DNA of 63,974 nt, filler included, from Octopus bimaculoides (lineage: Eukaryota): assembly GCF_001194135.2 (NCBI RefSeq). It is 5 parts of 5 records of this genome, joined end to end, with 100 filler letters (N's around TTAATTAATTAA, not from the genome) between each part and the next. Parts side by side here need not be neighbours in the genome. Positions count along the whole stretch, not along the records: positions 33,143 to 51,785 come from NC_069007.1; 4 more parts are not named here. One strand, written 5' to 3'. Positions 34,316 through 47,928 of this stretch are shown here, in pieces. Every line of letters starts with the position of its first letter. Positions within the stretch are counted from its first letter, which is position 1. The notes beneath the pieces are model-generated. The model was given only the letters and a program-made list of their open reading frames with translations, made no database searches and was not told where the DNA came from. Made by a program: the position numbers and the translations under genes.

Positions 34316-35561
34316 TATCGATAAAATTTGCTAAGTTGACATTTGACGTATGAATAATGCATTTCATTCTGCTAATAATATATTGTCGCGTCGTCAGTAA
34401 ATATTTGTCGTTATCTAAAATTTATACGGATTAACAACACCAGCTAGAAATATATATGTATACCACTCTGTACGTGTGTGTGTGTGTATGTGTGTATTTC
34501 TGCTCAATTCACACCGAGGCAGACTACTATCAGCTCTGACAGTATCAGAAAATGAAATGGTGTGCCTAACCATTCAGTTTTTACGTTCCAGAATTTTGCC
34601 CGACCTTTCTTAAATTTAATTAGCAAACACTTTACTCCTAGGTTTAAAATTCACGAAATTTTAAAGCAAAATATGACCGAGGCAAATTACAGTAATACAG
34701 AAAACTTTTCATCTTCATTAGAATGAAATAATTGTCGCCATAACATACAAGAACCAGCTAAGCAAGACAATTGCCTCAGCAGAAACAACTGTCTGCAAAA
34801 TTGTAGCGTCCATAAAATTGTGTCATATATTGTGCTGTCATAACGCAGCAATAATACACACAGAGTAACGTCGGCATTAAGGGGAAACATTTCAACTCTA
34901 GCTATAACCTGCAAAATATGAGTCACAAAGATATGAATGAAAGAAGAGTTATGATATCGCTCTAAAAGTACAAATAGAATTTCAAAGACAGCAACATTTA
35001 TAACTGATATTAACTGGTCAATTATTTATTTTAGACTTGCATATATGAACAGATTTATATGCCACCTCTGTCTTTCAGAGAAATATAGCATTCTCGAAAT
35101 TGGTGCCAAATTTGCGACTCGTTTAAATTAACGCTTTTGTTTTTCCTGATATATTTTCTCTTATATATTGGCTCAGTTTAGCAATCTCTTTCTTATCCAT
35201 CAACTCTCTTCTCACCTCAGTGTTTCCCTTTGCATCAACGCCCGTCATCGCCTGCTTCTCCTGCTCATTTCATTTCTCTTTATTTCTTACCTTCTTGTCA
35301 ACTTATGAAGCTCACGTTTTCATGTGTTCACCATCAGTCGCAGCCAGTTTCTCAAGCGCAGAGGCTATAAAACTCTACTACCTCCCTTTAACTAACCTCC
35401 AGTCAACTTTTCCCAGAAGAAGCACTCTTTGAGAAACGTCAAATTCCCACTCCCCACGGCTATTTCATTGTATTCTTTCGGTCGATCTTTCTTCAGAATT
35501 AATAACGATTCCTACCATTCATAGCATAAAATCGGACGGACTAATATAAGTCGGAAGGTAT

Positions 35562-35915
35562 TACTCTTTTACTTGTTTCAGTCATTTGACTGCGGCCATG
35601 CTGGAGCACCGCCTTTAGTCGAACAAATCGACCCCAGGACTTATTCTTTGTAAGCCTAGTACTTATTCTATCGGTCTCTTTTGCCGAACCGCGAAGTTAC
35701 GGGGACGTAAACACACCAGCGTCGGTTGACAAGCGATGTTGTGGGGACAAACACAAACATGCAAATACGACGGGCTTCTTTCAGTTTCCATCTACCAAAT
35801 CCACTCACAAGGCTTTGGTCGGCCCGAGGCTATAGTAGAAGACACTTGCCCAAGGTGCCATGCAGTAGGGCTGAACCCAGAACCATGTGGTTGGTAAGCA
35901 AGCTACTTACGACAC
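35562..35915 (-). mobile_element. Near full-length tRNA-derived CORE-SINE (OR2-like)
   Basis: Minus strand GTAAGTAGCTTGCTTACCAACCACATGGTTCTGGGTTCAG (tRNA head with B box), GGCACCTTGGGCAAGTG (CORE), ending GCTCCAGCATGGCCGCAGTCAAATGACTGAAACAAGTAAAAGAGTA. Confidence 0.9.
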
Positions 35916-35922
35916 ATATGTA

Positions 35923-35980
<58 letters not shown>

Positions 35981-36297
35981 CGTTGGTAGTTGCCAAGTGC
36001 TGAGATATATAGCAAAGAATCTTATGTTGTACGCTATTTGTCAGATTTCAATTAGTTGCCGGAATCAGAAGTCTTTTTAGCGTTTCACATTGTCCATCTC
36101 TGCTGGTTATTCCCATCTCGTGAGGAATGATTCTTACCATTCTACCTCCAGCAATGTGTTTCTATTGATTTATACACACGTCTATACACGCACGCACACA
36201 CACCACGTTTACGAAAATTTTAAACTTTCAACTGAGAAGTCAAAGAAAAGCAAATTATTTGAATATCTTTGCTTGAGACCGATGTTTGCGTAAAGAT

Positions 36298-36413
36298 TGT
36301 AGTAGTAGTAGTAGTAGTGGGGGTGGAAGTAGTAGTAGTAGTAGTAGTAGTGGGGGGTGGAAGTAGTAGTAGTAGTGATGGTTGTGGTAGTACTAGTAGT
36401 AGTAGTAGTAGTA
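36298..36413. repeat. (TAG)n microsatellite with a duplicated GTGGGGG(G)TGGAAG interruption
   Basis: Read directly. Confidence 0.9.
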
Positions 36414-36619
36414 CCACAAATTGGTACCAATTTCACAAGCTTTTAGTAAGATCCATTTGGTAAAATTCCACAACTTTTCGGGGAGGTAAAACACGCCCCC
36501 AAAACAACAATTCTCACGGCTAAGTGAGTCACTTAGCGCGACTGCAGGCAGACAGTGAGGATTTCTCATTTGCAAAAACAAAGACAATATCAAACAACAA
36601 GACCCCACTAAATCCCAAA

Positions 36620-36940
36620 AAAAAACGCAGTGGGACTGAACCTGAAACCATGTGGTTGGTAAGCAAGCTACTTACCATTTCAACCACTCCTTCACCTATA
36701 TATATATATGTATATATGTATATATATATATATATTGCATTTTACTCCTGGTGATCATTTGGCTGTGGCCGTGCTGGAGTAGAGCCATGAAAGATTTAGT
36801 CGAACAAATCGACCCCGTACTTATTTTTCTTTGACGCTGTCGGTCCCTTTGTTTTTATTTCCATTAAAGTTATGGGACCATAAACAAACCGACATCGGTT
36901 TACAAGCAGGGAGCAAATGCATACACAAAGACACATGCAC
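36620..36940 (-). mobile_element. CORE-SINE fragments (head 36625-36680, tail 36750-36940)
   Basis: GCAGTGGGACTGAACC...ACCATGTGGTTGGTAAGCAAGCTACTTACC and GGCCGTGCTGGAG...TTTAGTCGAACAAATCGACCCC. Confidence 0.75.
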
Positions 36941-36954
36941 ACACATACGTCCGT

Positions 36955-37335
36955 AGGTTACGACGGCGAGGGTTCCAGTTGATCCGATCAAAGGAACAGC
37001 CACCTTGTGAAATTANNNNNNNNNNCAAAGGAACAGCCACCTTGTGAAATTAACGTGCAACTGGCTGAGCACTCCACAGACACGTGTACCCTTAACGCAG
37101 TTCTCAGGGAGATTCATTCTGACACAGAGTGTGACAAGAGTGGCACTTTGAAATACAGGTATAACTCATTTTGGATAGCTGAGTGGACTGGAGCAACGCG
37201 AATTAAAGTGTCTTGCTCTAAGACGCAACGCGTTGCCGGGAATCAAACTCACGACCTTGCGATCGTCAGCAAAAACAACACTGTCTCACGCATGCGCAGT
37301 AAGCAAGCTACTTACCGCTCAGCCATTCCTGCGCC
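36955..37335 (-). mobile_element. Composite SINE: CORE-SINE tRNA 5' half, a second head/central domain, and the tail shared with 3121-3470
   Basis: Minus strand GGCGCAGGAATGGCTGAGCGGTAAGTAGCTTGCTTAC ... GTCGTGAGTTTGATTCCCGG..GCGTCTTAGAGCAAGACACTTTA ... TTAAGGGTACACGTGTCTGTGGAGTGCTCAGCCA ... GGATCAACTGGAACCCTCG. Confidence 0.75.
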
Positions 37336-40300
37336 TATAATTGTAAGCATTTTTTCTTTCGCTGCTTTCCTAACCATTCCTAACCATTGATCTTCTAGAA
37401 TTCCTCCGTTCAGCATCAGTGTGAGAAACACCATTGGCTGTTGATCTCTTCCACTACCTTTCCATAATCTGCCAACCTGTAATCCCATGACTCTTTCCAT
37501 ATCCCTGAAAGGGTGGCTGAACAGATGATATGCCTTGCCAAAAAATATAATAGGGTTTTTTTACATATACAACGATGGCTATGGGATGCAGTAGGGATTA
37601 GAGGGGCCCATATGGAAAAAAAATGGTTGGAAACCATGACCCGAAGTGTTTTATGCCGGTTGTAATTAATATATTTTTTAAGAAAAAATAATGGTAGGTA
37701 TCATTTGAGGGACATTTTAGCTGCTATTTCTAGTGACGAGAGTTCCCTTCATTGGTTCAGTAGTTTGTAGTTTGCTTCATAACACTAAAAATGATTTTAC
37801 TGGCAATGAATTCTTCTCAACCCCATAAAAAATAACGTATGAAATAAAATCCACAATCTCATTTATAAAAAAATTCTACAGCGCTCGACGTATGCAATGC
37901 TTAAGTATGGAAAGAAATAGAAAACATAATCTATTATACATATAACATTTCCATTATTCATAAGAGAATTATCTGATAAACTATGGAACAGAATCGAAGA
38001 CATAATCTTTCATAGATGCAACATTTGTAGAATCTATATTTTCGTAAGCAATTTGACTGATAAATGAATATTTTGAATTAAATATGAGTTACAGCTTTGT
38101 ATTTTGATCACTGATATTGTGGGTTCAACTCCAACTTTGCATCGGACATGAAATTATGGTTGTAGTACTGAAGTCAACTTATTCAAATAAACCCTTTAAG
38201 ACTGTGTCCCTCAACATGGCTACAGTCCAATGGCTGAAACAGGTAACAGATGAAAGACATGCGAACATATTGAATCGATAAAATCGACAGAACGACCCAT
38301 AGAATACTCCGTAAGTGTCGCAAGTTCAAAACACGCCGGAGCCAACTTAATCCCTTTATATCTTTCGTATCATTGTTATCTTCGAGCGGATATAATCGAC
38401 CACAGCCTAAATTCGAGGAGTGGGGTCTTGTGTCTATGTAAGGGAGCATTGCGTAGTCAGAAATTGTGGAACGAATGACAAAATACCAGGCAGTGTCTAG
38501 TTAATATAGCGTTTGTCTTGTGTATGACTTTAAACTAAATCCGGTTGTTGGGTCCAAGTGCGGGAGTTCCAAGGTTTTGATGAGTGTACAACCACCTTTA
38601 AGCCACGATTGTCCCCTGGTCTGCTCTGACCCGGAGGAGCAGCATCCGTCAGGGTCCCATTTATGGGTTAATTAGCATGCTATGGAAGAAACTCCAAGCG
38701 AAAGATCTCACTGCTTGGTGAGTATATTGGAGAAGGAAAAAGCTTGCAGAGTTAGCCTCAACTGTAAATCAACAGGTGGAGTTTCTCGGGTGGACCGATG
38801 CCATTTTTGACAACCTTTCGGAAACTTCAAGGTGCGTAGAGCTCTCCAGCCCTGTTAGGCAACCCAGCAAGGAGAAGGCTACTCTTGTGTAGAGCGTACA
38901 GCTTGCTGGTAACTGCAGCAGTCTTGGCCCGCTGAGCCACTGCGGATCGCGCAGACTGATTCTCACTTTAGAACTACTAAGGACAGCCAGGGAGAAAAAC
39001 TCTGCAGTGCCAGGGGATCCGTTTATATAGCTCGAAGGCGAGACGCTCTTCTTCATTATCTTCGAATACGAAGAAACTGCCATCATTGTTTAGTTAAGAT
39101 ACCTTGCGTTTTAAGTTCAAACCCAGCCAGAGTTAAAACGGCTGATTTTGAACTCCATCATTCCAGTGTTGATAAAAATCAGCTTCAAGTCACAAATGAG
39201 ATCGATATAATCAGCTACAACTTTCCTCTTTATATGTTCTGTCTTGTACTAATGTTTAAAATCAATATTTTCAGTATATCAAAGCAGAAAGAAGTCTGTG
39301 ATAAGATCTAGAGGGGAAAAAAAACAGTCGTTGCGTTAATAAAAAACAAAATAGTTTCTTGTAGATCTGAATAATGACGGTCATTTAAGAACAAAATGAA
39401 AGATAAGAGAAGACAACTGCTCAACTACTACTCTATCAAATTTATGTTCTTATTTACATATGGACAAAACAAAAAGCAAATAGCGTCGTTTATTTGCAGA
39501 TTTATACATAGATATCTTTCAGAGGAAACTTGCATCATTTTGTATCTGCAAAAAAGTTTATGAGATAAAGTGACTTGTTGGGGGTTTTTGAGGGGTTTTT
39601 ATTTTTCAGTTTTGTTTCTCGATCGTAATTTTTCGTGGAATTTTCGTTTTTTGGCTTTTTGTTTTTTCAAAAATTAGAAACCGAGGAAATATAAAATTAT
39701 GATGATAAACGGGAAAGCTTTGCGTGTAAGGAAATTGCATGACTGATATTATATGGCAGATAAGATATGAAATATTACGTCACATATCTTTGTTAAATAC
39801 GATGTCTTCCAATGTTTTCTGTGACCTCGGGGACAGTGAAAGACGCTGTGCTCAAATGTGAACGTCTCCTGCTTGTCTACTTTCGAGTTTAATTCACGGG
39901 GGTAAAATTTAAACCACATATATGTGTGTGCGTTTGAATGTGTACATAAATATATACCATACATACATCTATATTCATGAGTACCAGTTGAGCACTCCCT
40001 CTAAAAGTTGCTGGCATTGTGCTAAAAAGTAGAAAGAATTATGAGTCGGCGAGCAAGCAGAACAGATATCGGTATTTCGTCTGCTTTATGTCTTTTCTCT
40101 CAAATTCCATCGAGGTCGACTTTGCTTGTCAACCTTTCAGAGCAGATCAAATAAGTACCAATGGAGCACGGGGATCATTGAGAACTCCAGCTTGAATATC
40201 TTCCAATCTGTTGACACTGTCCTTTTGTATATTTATATCTTTGAATTCTTCTTCCATTTCATGGAGCCAAAGTGCATTGTTGTTGTGCTTCACTTTATAT

Positions 40301-40393
40301 ATTATATATATATATATATGAACCCCCACACTTCATGTCTGTTTTTGTATTGTCCCCCCTCATCCTTCGCCCTTCTATCAAATAAATGAAATC

Positions 40394-40988
40394 ATTATTG
40401 TTGTTGTTATTATTATTATTGTTCAGTAGTTTTATTTTTATAACGTGCTTTCACTTCACTACCGAGCGCAGCTCTGTGTGCCTTGGGTATGTGCTGTGGT
40501 TTGCTGTGATGCTCTTATGGTTACTGTATTGAAAGTGTTTTGCGTAGGATGTGTGCAGTGCCCAGTAATGCAATTTTCTGTATGTTATATATATTTGTAA
40601 GTCCTGGTGTTTTTGTTATGTATTTGTCTGAATATTTTTTTATTATACCTAAGGCACCTACTATGATAGGAATTGTTTCTGTTTTTAGATTCCACATTCG
40701 AGTTACCTCTATTTCCAGGTCTTTGTATTTTGAAAGTTTTTCCATTTCTCTTCGGGAAACGTTGTCATCTGCTGGTATTAATACATCAATTAGAAAGCAT
40801 TTTTTTCTTCATGATCTGTGACAACTATATCTAGCCTATAGGCCTTAATTTCTCTATCTGTGTGTATTGGCATATCCCAGAGTATGGTTGCTTTCTCGTT
40901 TTCTGTGACCTTTTCTGGCGTGTGTTTATACCATCTTTGTATTTTGAAAGTTTTTCCATTTCTTTTAGGGAAACGCTGTCATCTGCTG

Positions 40989-40993
<5 letters not shown>
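40394..40993 (-). pseudogene. Young 5'-truncated R4/Dong LINE with intact 3' end and (AAT)n tail
   Basis: ORF end MEKLSKYKDLEIEVTRMWNLKTETIPIIVGALGIIKK...QKIALLGTAHILRKTLSIQ*, a 3' UTR, then ACTACTGAAC(AAT)n. Near-identical to 32597-33042. Confidence 0.92.
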
Positions 40994-41023
<30 letters not shown>

Positions 41024-41728
41024 AAAGGATTGACGAAACTCTTCATAAAGGTAAACCGTCAAAAACAAAGAGCACGATTCGTTTGTAGGAAAAGAAAAAT
41101 TCCTAACATCGGGCTACAAGTAACCTTAGATGCCATTATCATCATTATTATCATTACTATCATTATTATTATTATTATTATTATGGATTACTGTTCTGCT
41201 GTTACCAACGCTGTGTACGCGGTTTTCACATGACGTAAGGCAGAAGAAAAGTTTAAAACTATTAACAAAATTAATGCGCGTATTTGTTCATTAATAATTG
41301 CATTGTATACTGTGAAGCTAACACTTGGATGTTTTCGCTTTAAATTATAAACGCAATATGAAGAATATACTTGTTTGGCTATCAAATTATTGCAATACAA
41401 GCCTTTCCACCCTTAGGCGTTCTGCCATTATTCAATGCAGATAACGACATGTTCCTCTTAACTAGGTTTACAAGGGTTCTTCTTGTTTATAGAAAAACCT
41501 TGTGAAAAATATGTTTCACAGTAAGAAAGCAGGGAAGATATTAACTTCAACAAATCTCTATAAAAAAGAAACCTGGCAAAGAAAGGCGATTGAAAGTGTC
41601 TATGTGTGAATATTGAATGTGATTTTTATGCTTGCTGCTGGTGTGCCATTGTGTGAGTGTATGTAGGAAATTTATGAATGAATGAATGGCAAGGCAGCTT
41701 CTTCCAGTAACACTCTTTTAGGTACAAG

Positions 41729-41792
<64 letters not shown>

Positions 41793-42539
41793 NNNNNNNN
41801 NNNNNNNNNNNNNNNNNNNNNNNNNNNNNNNNNNNNNNNNNNNNNNNNNNNNNNNNNNNNNNNNNNNNNNNNNNNNNNNNNNNNNNNNNNNNNNNNNNNN
41901 NNNNNNNNNNNNNNNNNNNNNNNNNNNNNNNNNNNNNNNNNNNNNNNNNNNNNNNNNNNNNNNNNNNNNNNNNNNNNNNNNNNNNNNNNNNNNNNNNNNN
42001 NNNNNNNNNNNNNNNNNNNNNNNNNNNNNNNNNNNNNNNNNNNNNNNNNNNNNNNNNNNNNNNNNNNNNNNNNNNNNNNNNNNNNNNNNNNNNNNNNNNN
42101 NNNNNNNNNNNNNNNNNNNNNNNNNNNNNNNNNNNNNNNNNNNNNNNNNNNNNNNNNNNNNNNNNNNNNNNNNNNNNNNNNNNNNNNNNNNNNNNNNNNN
42201 NNNNNNNNNNNNNNNNNNNNNNNNNNNNNNNNNNNNNNNNNNNNNNNNNNNNNNNNNNNNNNNNNNNNNNNNNNNNNNNNNNNNNNNNNNNNNNNNNNNN
42301 NNNNNNNNNNNNNNNNNNNNNNNNNNNNNNNNNNNNNNNNNNNNNNNNNNNNNNNNNNNNNNNNNNNNNNNNNNNNNNNNNNNNNNNNNNNNNNNNNNNN
42401 NNNNNNNNNNNNNNNNNNNNNNNNNNNNNNNNNNNNNNNNNNNNNNNNNNNNNNNNNNNNNNNNNNNNNNNNNNNNNNNNNNNNNNNNNNNNNNNNNNNN
42501 NNNNNNNNNNNNNNNNNNNNNNNNNNNNNNNNNNNNNNN

Positions 42540-42587
<48 letters not shown>

Positions 42588-42775
42588 TATATACATATAT
42601 ATAACATATCTATTTATTTATCTGTCTGCCTGTCTGTCTGTCTATCGATCTATATATCTATCCATCTATTTAACTATCTACATGTATATATATATGTACA
42701 TACGTGCTTCTGTGCGCGTGTGTGTACATATATATGTATACATAATACACACATATATATATATAAATAAATGTC

Positions 42776-42809
<34 letters not shown>

Positions 42810-42819
42810 GGTGTGTGCT

Positions 42820-42868
<49 letters not shown>

Positions 42869-43425
42869 GCGCACACACCTATATGCGTCGATATTAATAA
42901 CGCACTTATATTCGTGCATGTATGGAATTCGTTAATGCATAGATATAGAGGCAACATACAGAACCTCCTTTAAATATTATCATTTATTTCTTTGGCACCA
43001 CTCCACCAAAATAATGGATGTGCAACATAAGTGCATCTTCAACCTATTGTACATGTAACGTGTTGCTATAAAACACACCCACTGCAAGGGGCTGCAGCGC
43101 GTGCACCGGTAACAAAAGTTGTAATACCGAGGTGGATATTGTAAGTGCTTGTCATTTGTTATATAGAATTCCTTGTAATTGTCCGGATATATTTAACTAA
43201 AGTACTCGTTGAAAGGGAAACAATTGGTTAAGAATTTCCGGGTATATTAGGTTAGGTGTGAAAAGGGTATTGCTGATGGTGCGATACGTTAGAATTTTGT
43301 CATATTGCATTTTCGAGGCTATAAATCTAGAAAGCCTTATAATTCAGAAAAACCTTTTCTGCAATGAATATTGTAATCGATAGATAGGATTTCGTGGCCA
43401 TTGTGCGATACATATTTAGGAATAC

Positions 43426-43478
<53 letters not shown>

Positions 43479-43767
43479 GAGAATGTATAATTCATGTTAA
43501 AAGTATGTAGTACAGATGTTGGGTATACGCATACATGCACATGCATGTATTTACGTGTGTATGTACACACACACATACATATATATATATGTATACATAN
43601 NNNNNNNNNNNNNNNNNNNNNNNNNNNNNNNNNNNNNNNNNNNNNNNNNNNNNNNNNNNNNNNNNNNNNNNNNNNNNNNNNNNNNNNNNNNNNNNNNNNN
43701 NNNNNNNNNNNNNNNNNNNNNNNNNNNNNNNNNNNNNNNNNNNNNNNNNNNNNNNNNNNNNNNNNNN

Positions 43768-43811
<44 letters not shown>

Positions 43812-43812
<1 letters not shown>

Positions 43813-43950
43813 TTATGTATATATTAATATTATCTCAGTTTAAAAAAAACCTTGACAATGTAAGTATGTTAATGGATAGCAAAAATCACACAAAAAAAAG
43901 CCAGGATATCACACCCGTTTTATAGGTAGATATATCAAGTTAAAGCGATG
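43812..43950 (-). repeat. Unclassified dispersed repeat (copy of 1695-1838)
   Basis: See 1695-1838. Confidence 0.8.
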
Positions 43951-43980
43951 CATTTTGAGTATATATATAATATCAGTACG

Positions 43981-44854
43981 GAGCAATTCACGAGAGAAAA
44001 TAATTCACGGGAAAATAATTTGCGAAGGTATCATTGAGTCTATTATTATCTAGTGTAACAATTTTAAAAATGATAATAGCAGAATCAATAATATAGGCGA
44101 TTGTAGGTCCAAAAAGAAGCATTAAATAGCTGAAGGATTGAAATTAATCATAGGACAGACTAGGTATGGCTACCTGCTGGAAATAACAGTCAAAACTCTT
44201 ATTTAAATCGCCAAAATTCACTGGTAATATCTACAGAAATCAACCTTTTGCGGACAAACTGGCAAAAATAATGTCTCGGCATACATTCAAGTATTTGGAC
44301 TCACGTGGAACGGTTTCTGGACTGGCATTATAGCCTCACCTCCCTCAGCACGCGTTACCATGACAGAGCCCCAACCTGTCATGTTGAAGTCTGCGCTGCA
44401 ACGGATTCGTTTTGCGCCGAATCATGGCAGCCACCAATGTGAAAATGATTTCAATACCGAGCAAATTATTCGCGAGAAAAACTAATTAACAGGAAAATAA
44501 TTTGTGAAGATATCATTGACTGTGTTATTATCTAGTGTAACAGTTTAAAAATGATAAAACAGAATCAATAATAAAGGTGATTGAACGTCCAAAAAAATGA
44601 TTAAATAGCTAAAGGATTAAAATTAATCAAAGGACATACCAGGTATGTCTACCTGCTGGAAATAACAGTCAAAACTCTTATTTAAATCGCCAAAAGTGCA
44701 CCGATAATAACTACAGAAATAAACCATCGAATTGAATGTTTGCTAAGAGATTGTCTTAGCCCCCTTGCGTTTGGACGGGTGGTTTCTGTAGTTATCAGGG
44801 TATTTTGGCAATTTGAATAAGAGTTTTGACTGTTATTTCCAGCAGGTAGACATA
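43981..44854. repeat. Direct repeat of about 265 bp (43981-44245 and 44459-44725) plus an inverted partial third copy (44781-44854)
   Basis: Shared TACCTGCTGGAAATAACAGTCAAAACTCTTATTTAAATCGCCAAAA. The reverse complement of this block is at 44781-44854. Confidence 0.9.
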
Positions 44855-45454
44855 AATTTTTTAAAAAAACAAACAAAATGTGTGTGTGTGTGTGTGTGCG
44901 TGTGTGTGTGCGTGCGTGCATGTATATATACTACATGAACAACCTGTATATTGCAGCTTCATAAAAGCTTAAATAAATGACCACTCACTTGTAAAAAGAA
45001 ACAAATAAAAAAACACAAACAAAATGAAAATGAAATAAAAAAAAAAGATCTGCACCATGTTTCTTATTGTCTACATCCTATTTTCAAGGGTTGTGGTTCA
45101 TAGAAGGAAAAGACAAGACGTGAAAGGAAGTAATTTCAATAACTGTAGAATTATTGTAAGTCTTTTAATTAGAGGAAAGAATCCGGTTTTTGAAGAAACT
45201 AGAGATCGTCTGAGTGCCAGTACGAATTAGTTCATCGTAGAATTTATTATTGGACAAATGTTCACAACTGGCGGCATTTGAACTTGTTTGAACTTCACTA
45301 ATTAGATAACTTTAAAAGCGTCTGAATCAAAGGATAGAAGCTATACAATATTGCAACATTCGTTTTTAAATTATCTATAAATAAACAGGAAATGAAATAT
45401 AACCATTTTTGTAAGGTTAGACAGTTGACGGAAGATATTAGTTTAAGATTTTGG

Positions 45455-45800
45455 AACAAGGCCGGCAATTTTGGCAGAGGCGGCTTGTCGAGTGCAAGAA
45501 CCCCACAAAAGGTTGAAAGGCGAAATCGACCTCGGAAGAATTTGAACTCAGAAGGCCAGAAATTTTGGCAGAGGCGTAGTCGAGTGCAAGAACCCCAATG
45601 TACAACTAGTACTTGTTTTATCAACCGCAAAAGGTTGAAAGGCGAAATCGACCTCGGAAGAATTTGAACTCAGAACGTAGAGACGGACGAAATATTGGTA
45701 AGTGCTTTGCCCGACCTGCTAACGATTCTGCCAGCTCACCCGCGTTCATGTGGTTTTCAAACTTTGGCACAAGGCCAGCAATTTCGGGAGAGGGGTTAAG
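45455..45800 (-). mobile_element. Rearranged cluster of Deu/Nin-type SINE fragments
   Basis: CAAAAGGTTGAAAGGCGAAATCGACCTCGGAAGAATTTGAACTCAGAA occurs twice (~45505, ~45628). AATTTTGGCAGAGGCG..GTCGAGTGCAAGAACCCCA occurs twice. Confidence 0.8.
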
Positions 45801-46449
45801 TCGCCTTCACCTGACGACATGTCGGAAGAATCAGAAAGTGAGAGGGGAAGGGTATTGGGGTCTATTTCTGAGTGTGTTAATGTTGATATTCTTGTTGGTG
45901 ACAGTTGGGATGTGGTTTATGAGTTTTGGAGGGGCGGGGTATGAGTCCTTTTGTTTTTCTCTTCTTCCTTTGGGGCTTCTATAGTTGCTGTTGCTTTTGT
46001 GGTGGTGGTGGTGGTGGTGGTGTTTCTGTTCTTGGTGGCGCTGACGCCACTGTGTATGTGTGTGTATGTACGCGTGTGTGTGTGTGTTTCTTTGTGTTTG
46101 TGTTTGTCAAACGCACCCACCACTTGACAACCGGAGTTGGTTTGCTTATGTTCACACAACTTAACGATCCGGCAAAGACACTATATAGAATGAAAGCCAA
46201 AACTTGAAATTACACTTAAGTACGAATTGTTCCAGTAAAAACTAGCTAAAGTGGTGCCCCAGCAAGGTCGCAGCCCAATGAGTAAAACACATGAAGGATA
46301 AGCGTGTGTGTGTGTGTGCGTGGGATGTGTGTGTGTCTGTGTGTGTGTGTGTGTCATCGAGAGTGACATTGCGTAGATACACACACGCACGCACACACAC
46401 ACACAGATATAAACACACACACGCACACACACAGACAAAGACACATACA

Positions 46450-46480
<31 letters not shown>

Positions 46481-46929
46481 TACACACGCATACACGTCCT
46501 ACAAGAAATTCTGCCGTTCTATGATATTTTCTAACAGAAAACTAAATGCCTAAATCGGAATCAATCCTCTTAAACGTCTCCGAGCAGTTAAACATATTCA
46601 TAAACATAGATCTTCTCTACAACAATCGCATCCATTCCGTTCAATTCGTACAATAACAATAATGCTCGACGGCAACCAAGTGCATCCACGCTATTTTATC
46701 TTCTTTGTTTCAGTTAATGAAATAAGTATGTCGTTTGTCAAAGTCAGTGTAAAATATAGCAGACTCGGTTGTGATTTCTATGGATGTATTAACGCCGGCA
46801 GAACATTGCATTATGCATCTATCTCACCAGTAAATACCTCTTTAATAGGCTTACAAATGTAGACTTGTAGCTTATTGTGGTTTTAACTTAGTCTGTTTCT
46901 CGTTCGCGTTCACCGACCTCTTCCAGTAT

Positions 46930-47200
46930 GTATATATATATGTGTATGTGTGTGTATTTATATATATGTGTGTGTGTGTGTATTTATATATGTGTGTGTG
47001 TGTGTGTGTGTATTTATATATGTGTGTGTGTGTGTATTTATATATGTGTGTGTGTGTGTGTATTTATATATGTGTGTGTGTGTGTGTGTATTTATATATG
47101 NNNNNNNNNNTGTGTGTGTATTTATATATGTGTGTGTGTGTGTGTGTATTTATATATGTGTGTGTGCGTGTGCGTGTGCGTGTGCGTGTGTATGTGTGTA
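46930..47200. repeat. Compound minisatellite (TG)n-TATTTATATA
   Basis: About eight units of a TG run followed by TATTTATATA. Confidence 0.9.
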
Positions 47201-47202
47201 AA

Positions 47203-47393
47203 GGCGGTGAGCTGGCAGAATCCTTAGCACGCCGGGCGAAATGCTTAGCGTTCTGAGTTCAAATTCCGCCGAGGTTAACTTTACTTTTCATCCTTTCGTG
47301 GTAGATAAATTAAGTACCTGTTGCGCACTGGGGGTCGATCTAATCGACTGGCCCCCTCCTCCCAAATTTCATGCCTTGAGTCTATAGTAGAAA
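47203..47393 (+). mobile_element. Deu/Nin-type tRNA-derived SINE
   Basis: GGCGGTGAGCTGGCAGAATC.TTAGCACGCCGGGCGAAATGCTTAGCG..TTCTGAGTTCAAATTCCGCCGAGG...TTTCATCCTTTCG...GATAAATTAAGTACC. Confidence 0.9.
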
Positions 47394-47639
47394 GAGTGGC
47401 TAGAGGCTTGGTGGTGCAAATAGGGAAATAAAATTCGGAACATGAGTATATAAGCGTTTTCATTTATATTAATAATCGGCTGAAGTTACAGAATGACTGA
47501 AGGGCAGGAAGTTTTGGTCCTTAAGTTGGTCTGTAAGTTCCTATTATTAATAAAAAAAAAACTTACGTGTTGATATATATATATATTTACACACATGCAT
47601 ACNNNNNNNNNNATATATATATATATTTACACACATGCA

Positions 47640-47682
<43 letters not shown>

Positions 47683-47842
47683 ATATATATATATATATAA
47701 ATACATACATACATACATATAGAGTGAGAGGGGGAGATAGACAGAGAGAGACAGAGATATTGATATATAAGTGTAGATGTGCATGTGAGCGTGTGTTTTT
47801 GTCTGTGCGTGTGTATAGACGTATATACATATATGTAAGTAC

Positions 47843-47928
<86 letters not shown>

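Noticed and set aside
38700-39090. GC-richer stretch as an RTE 5' UTR with a ribozyme
   Set aside because: Only a short GTTAGGCAACC..GGAGAAGG resemblance. I could not build an HDV-like or twister fold.
43085-43146. Cys-rich micro-exon (GCSACTGNKSCNTEVDI followed by GTAAGT)
   Set aside because: There is no convincing polypyrimidine acceptor, an upstream in-frame stop, and no recognisable family. It needs RNA-seq support.
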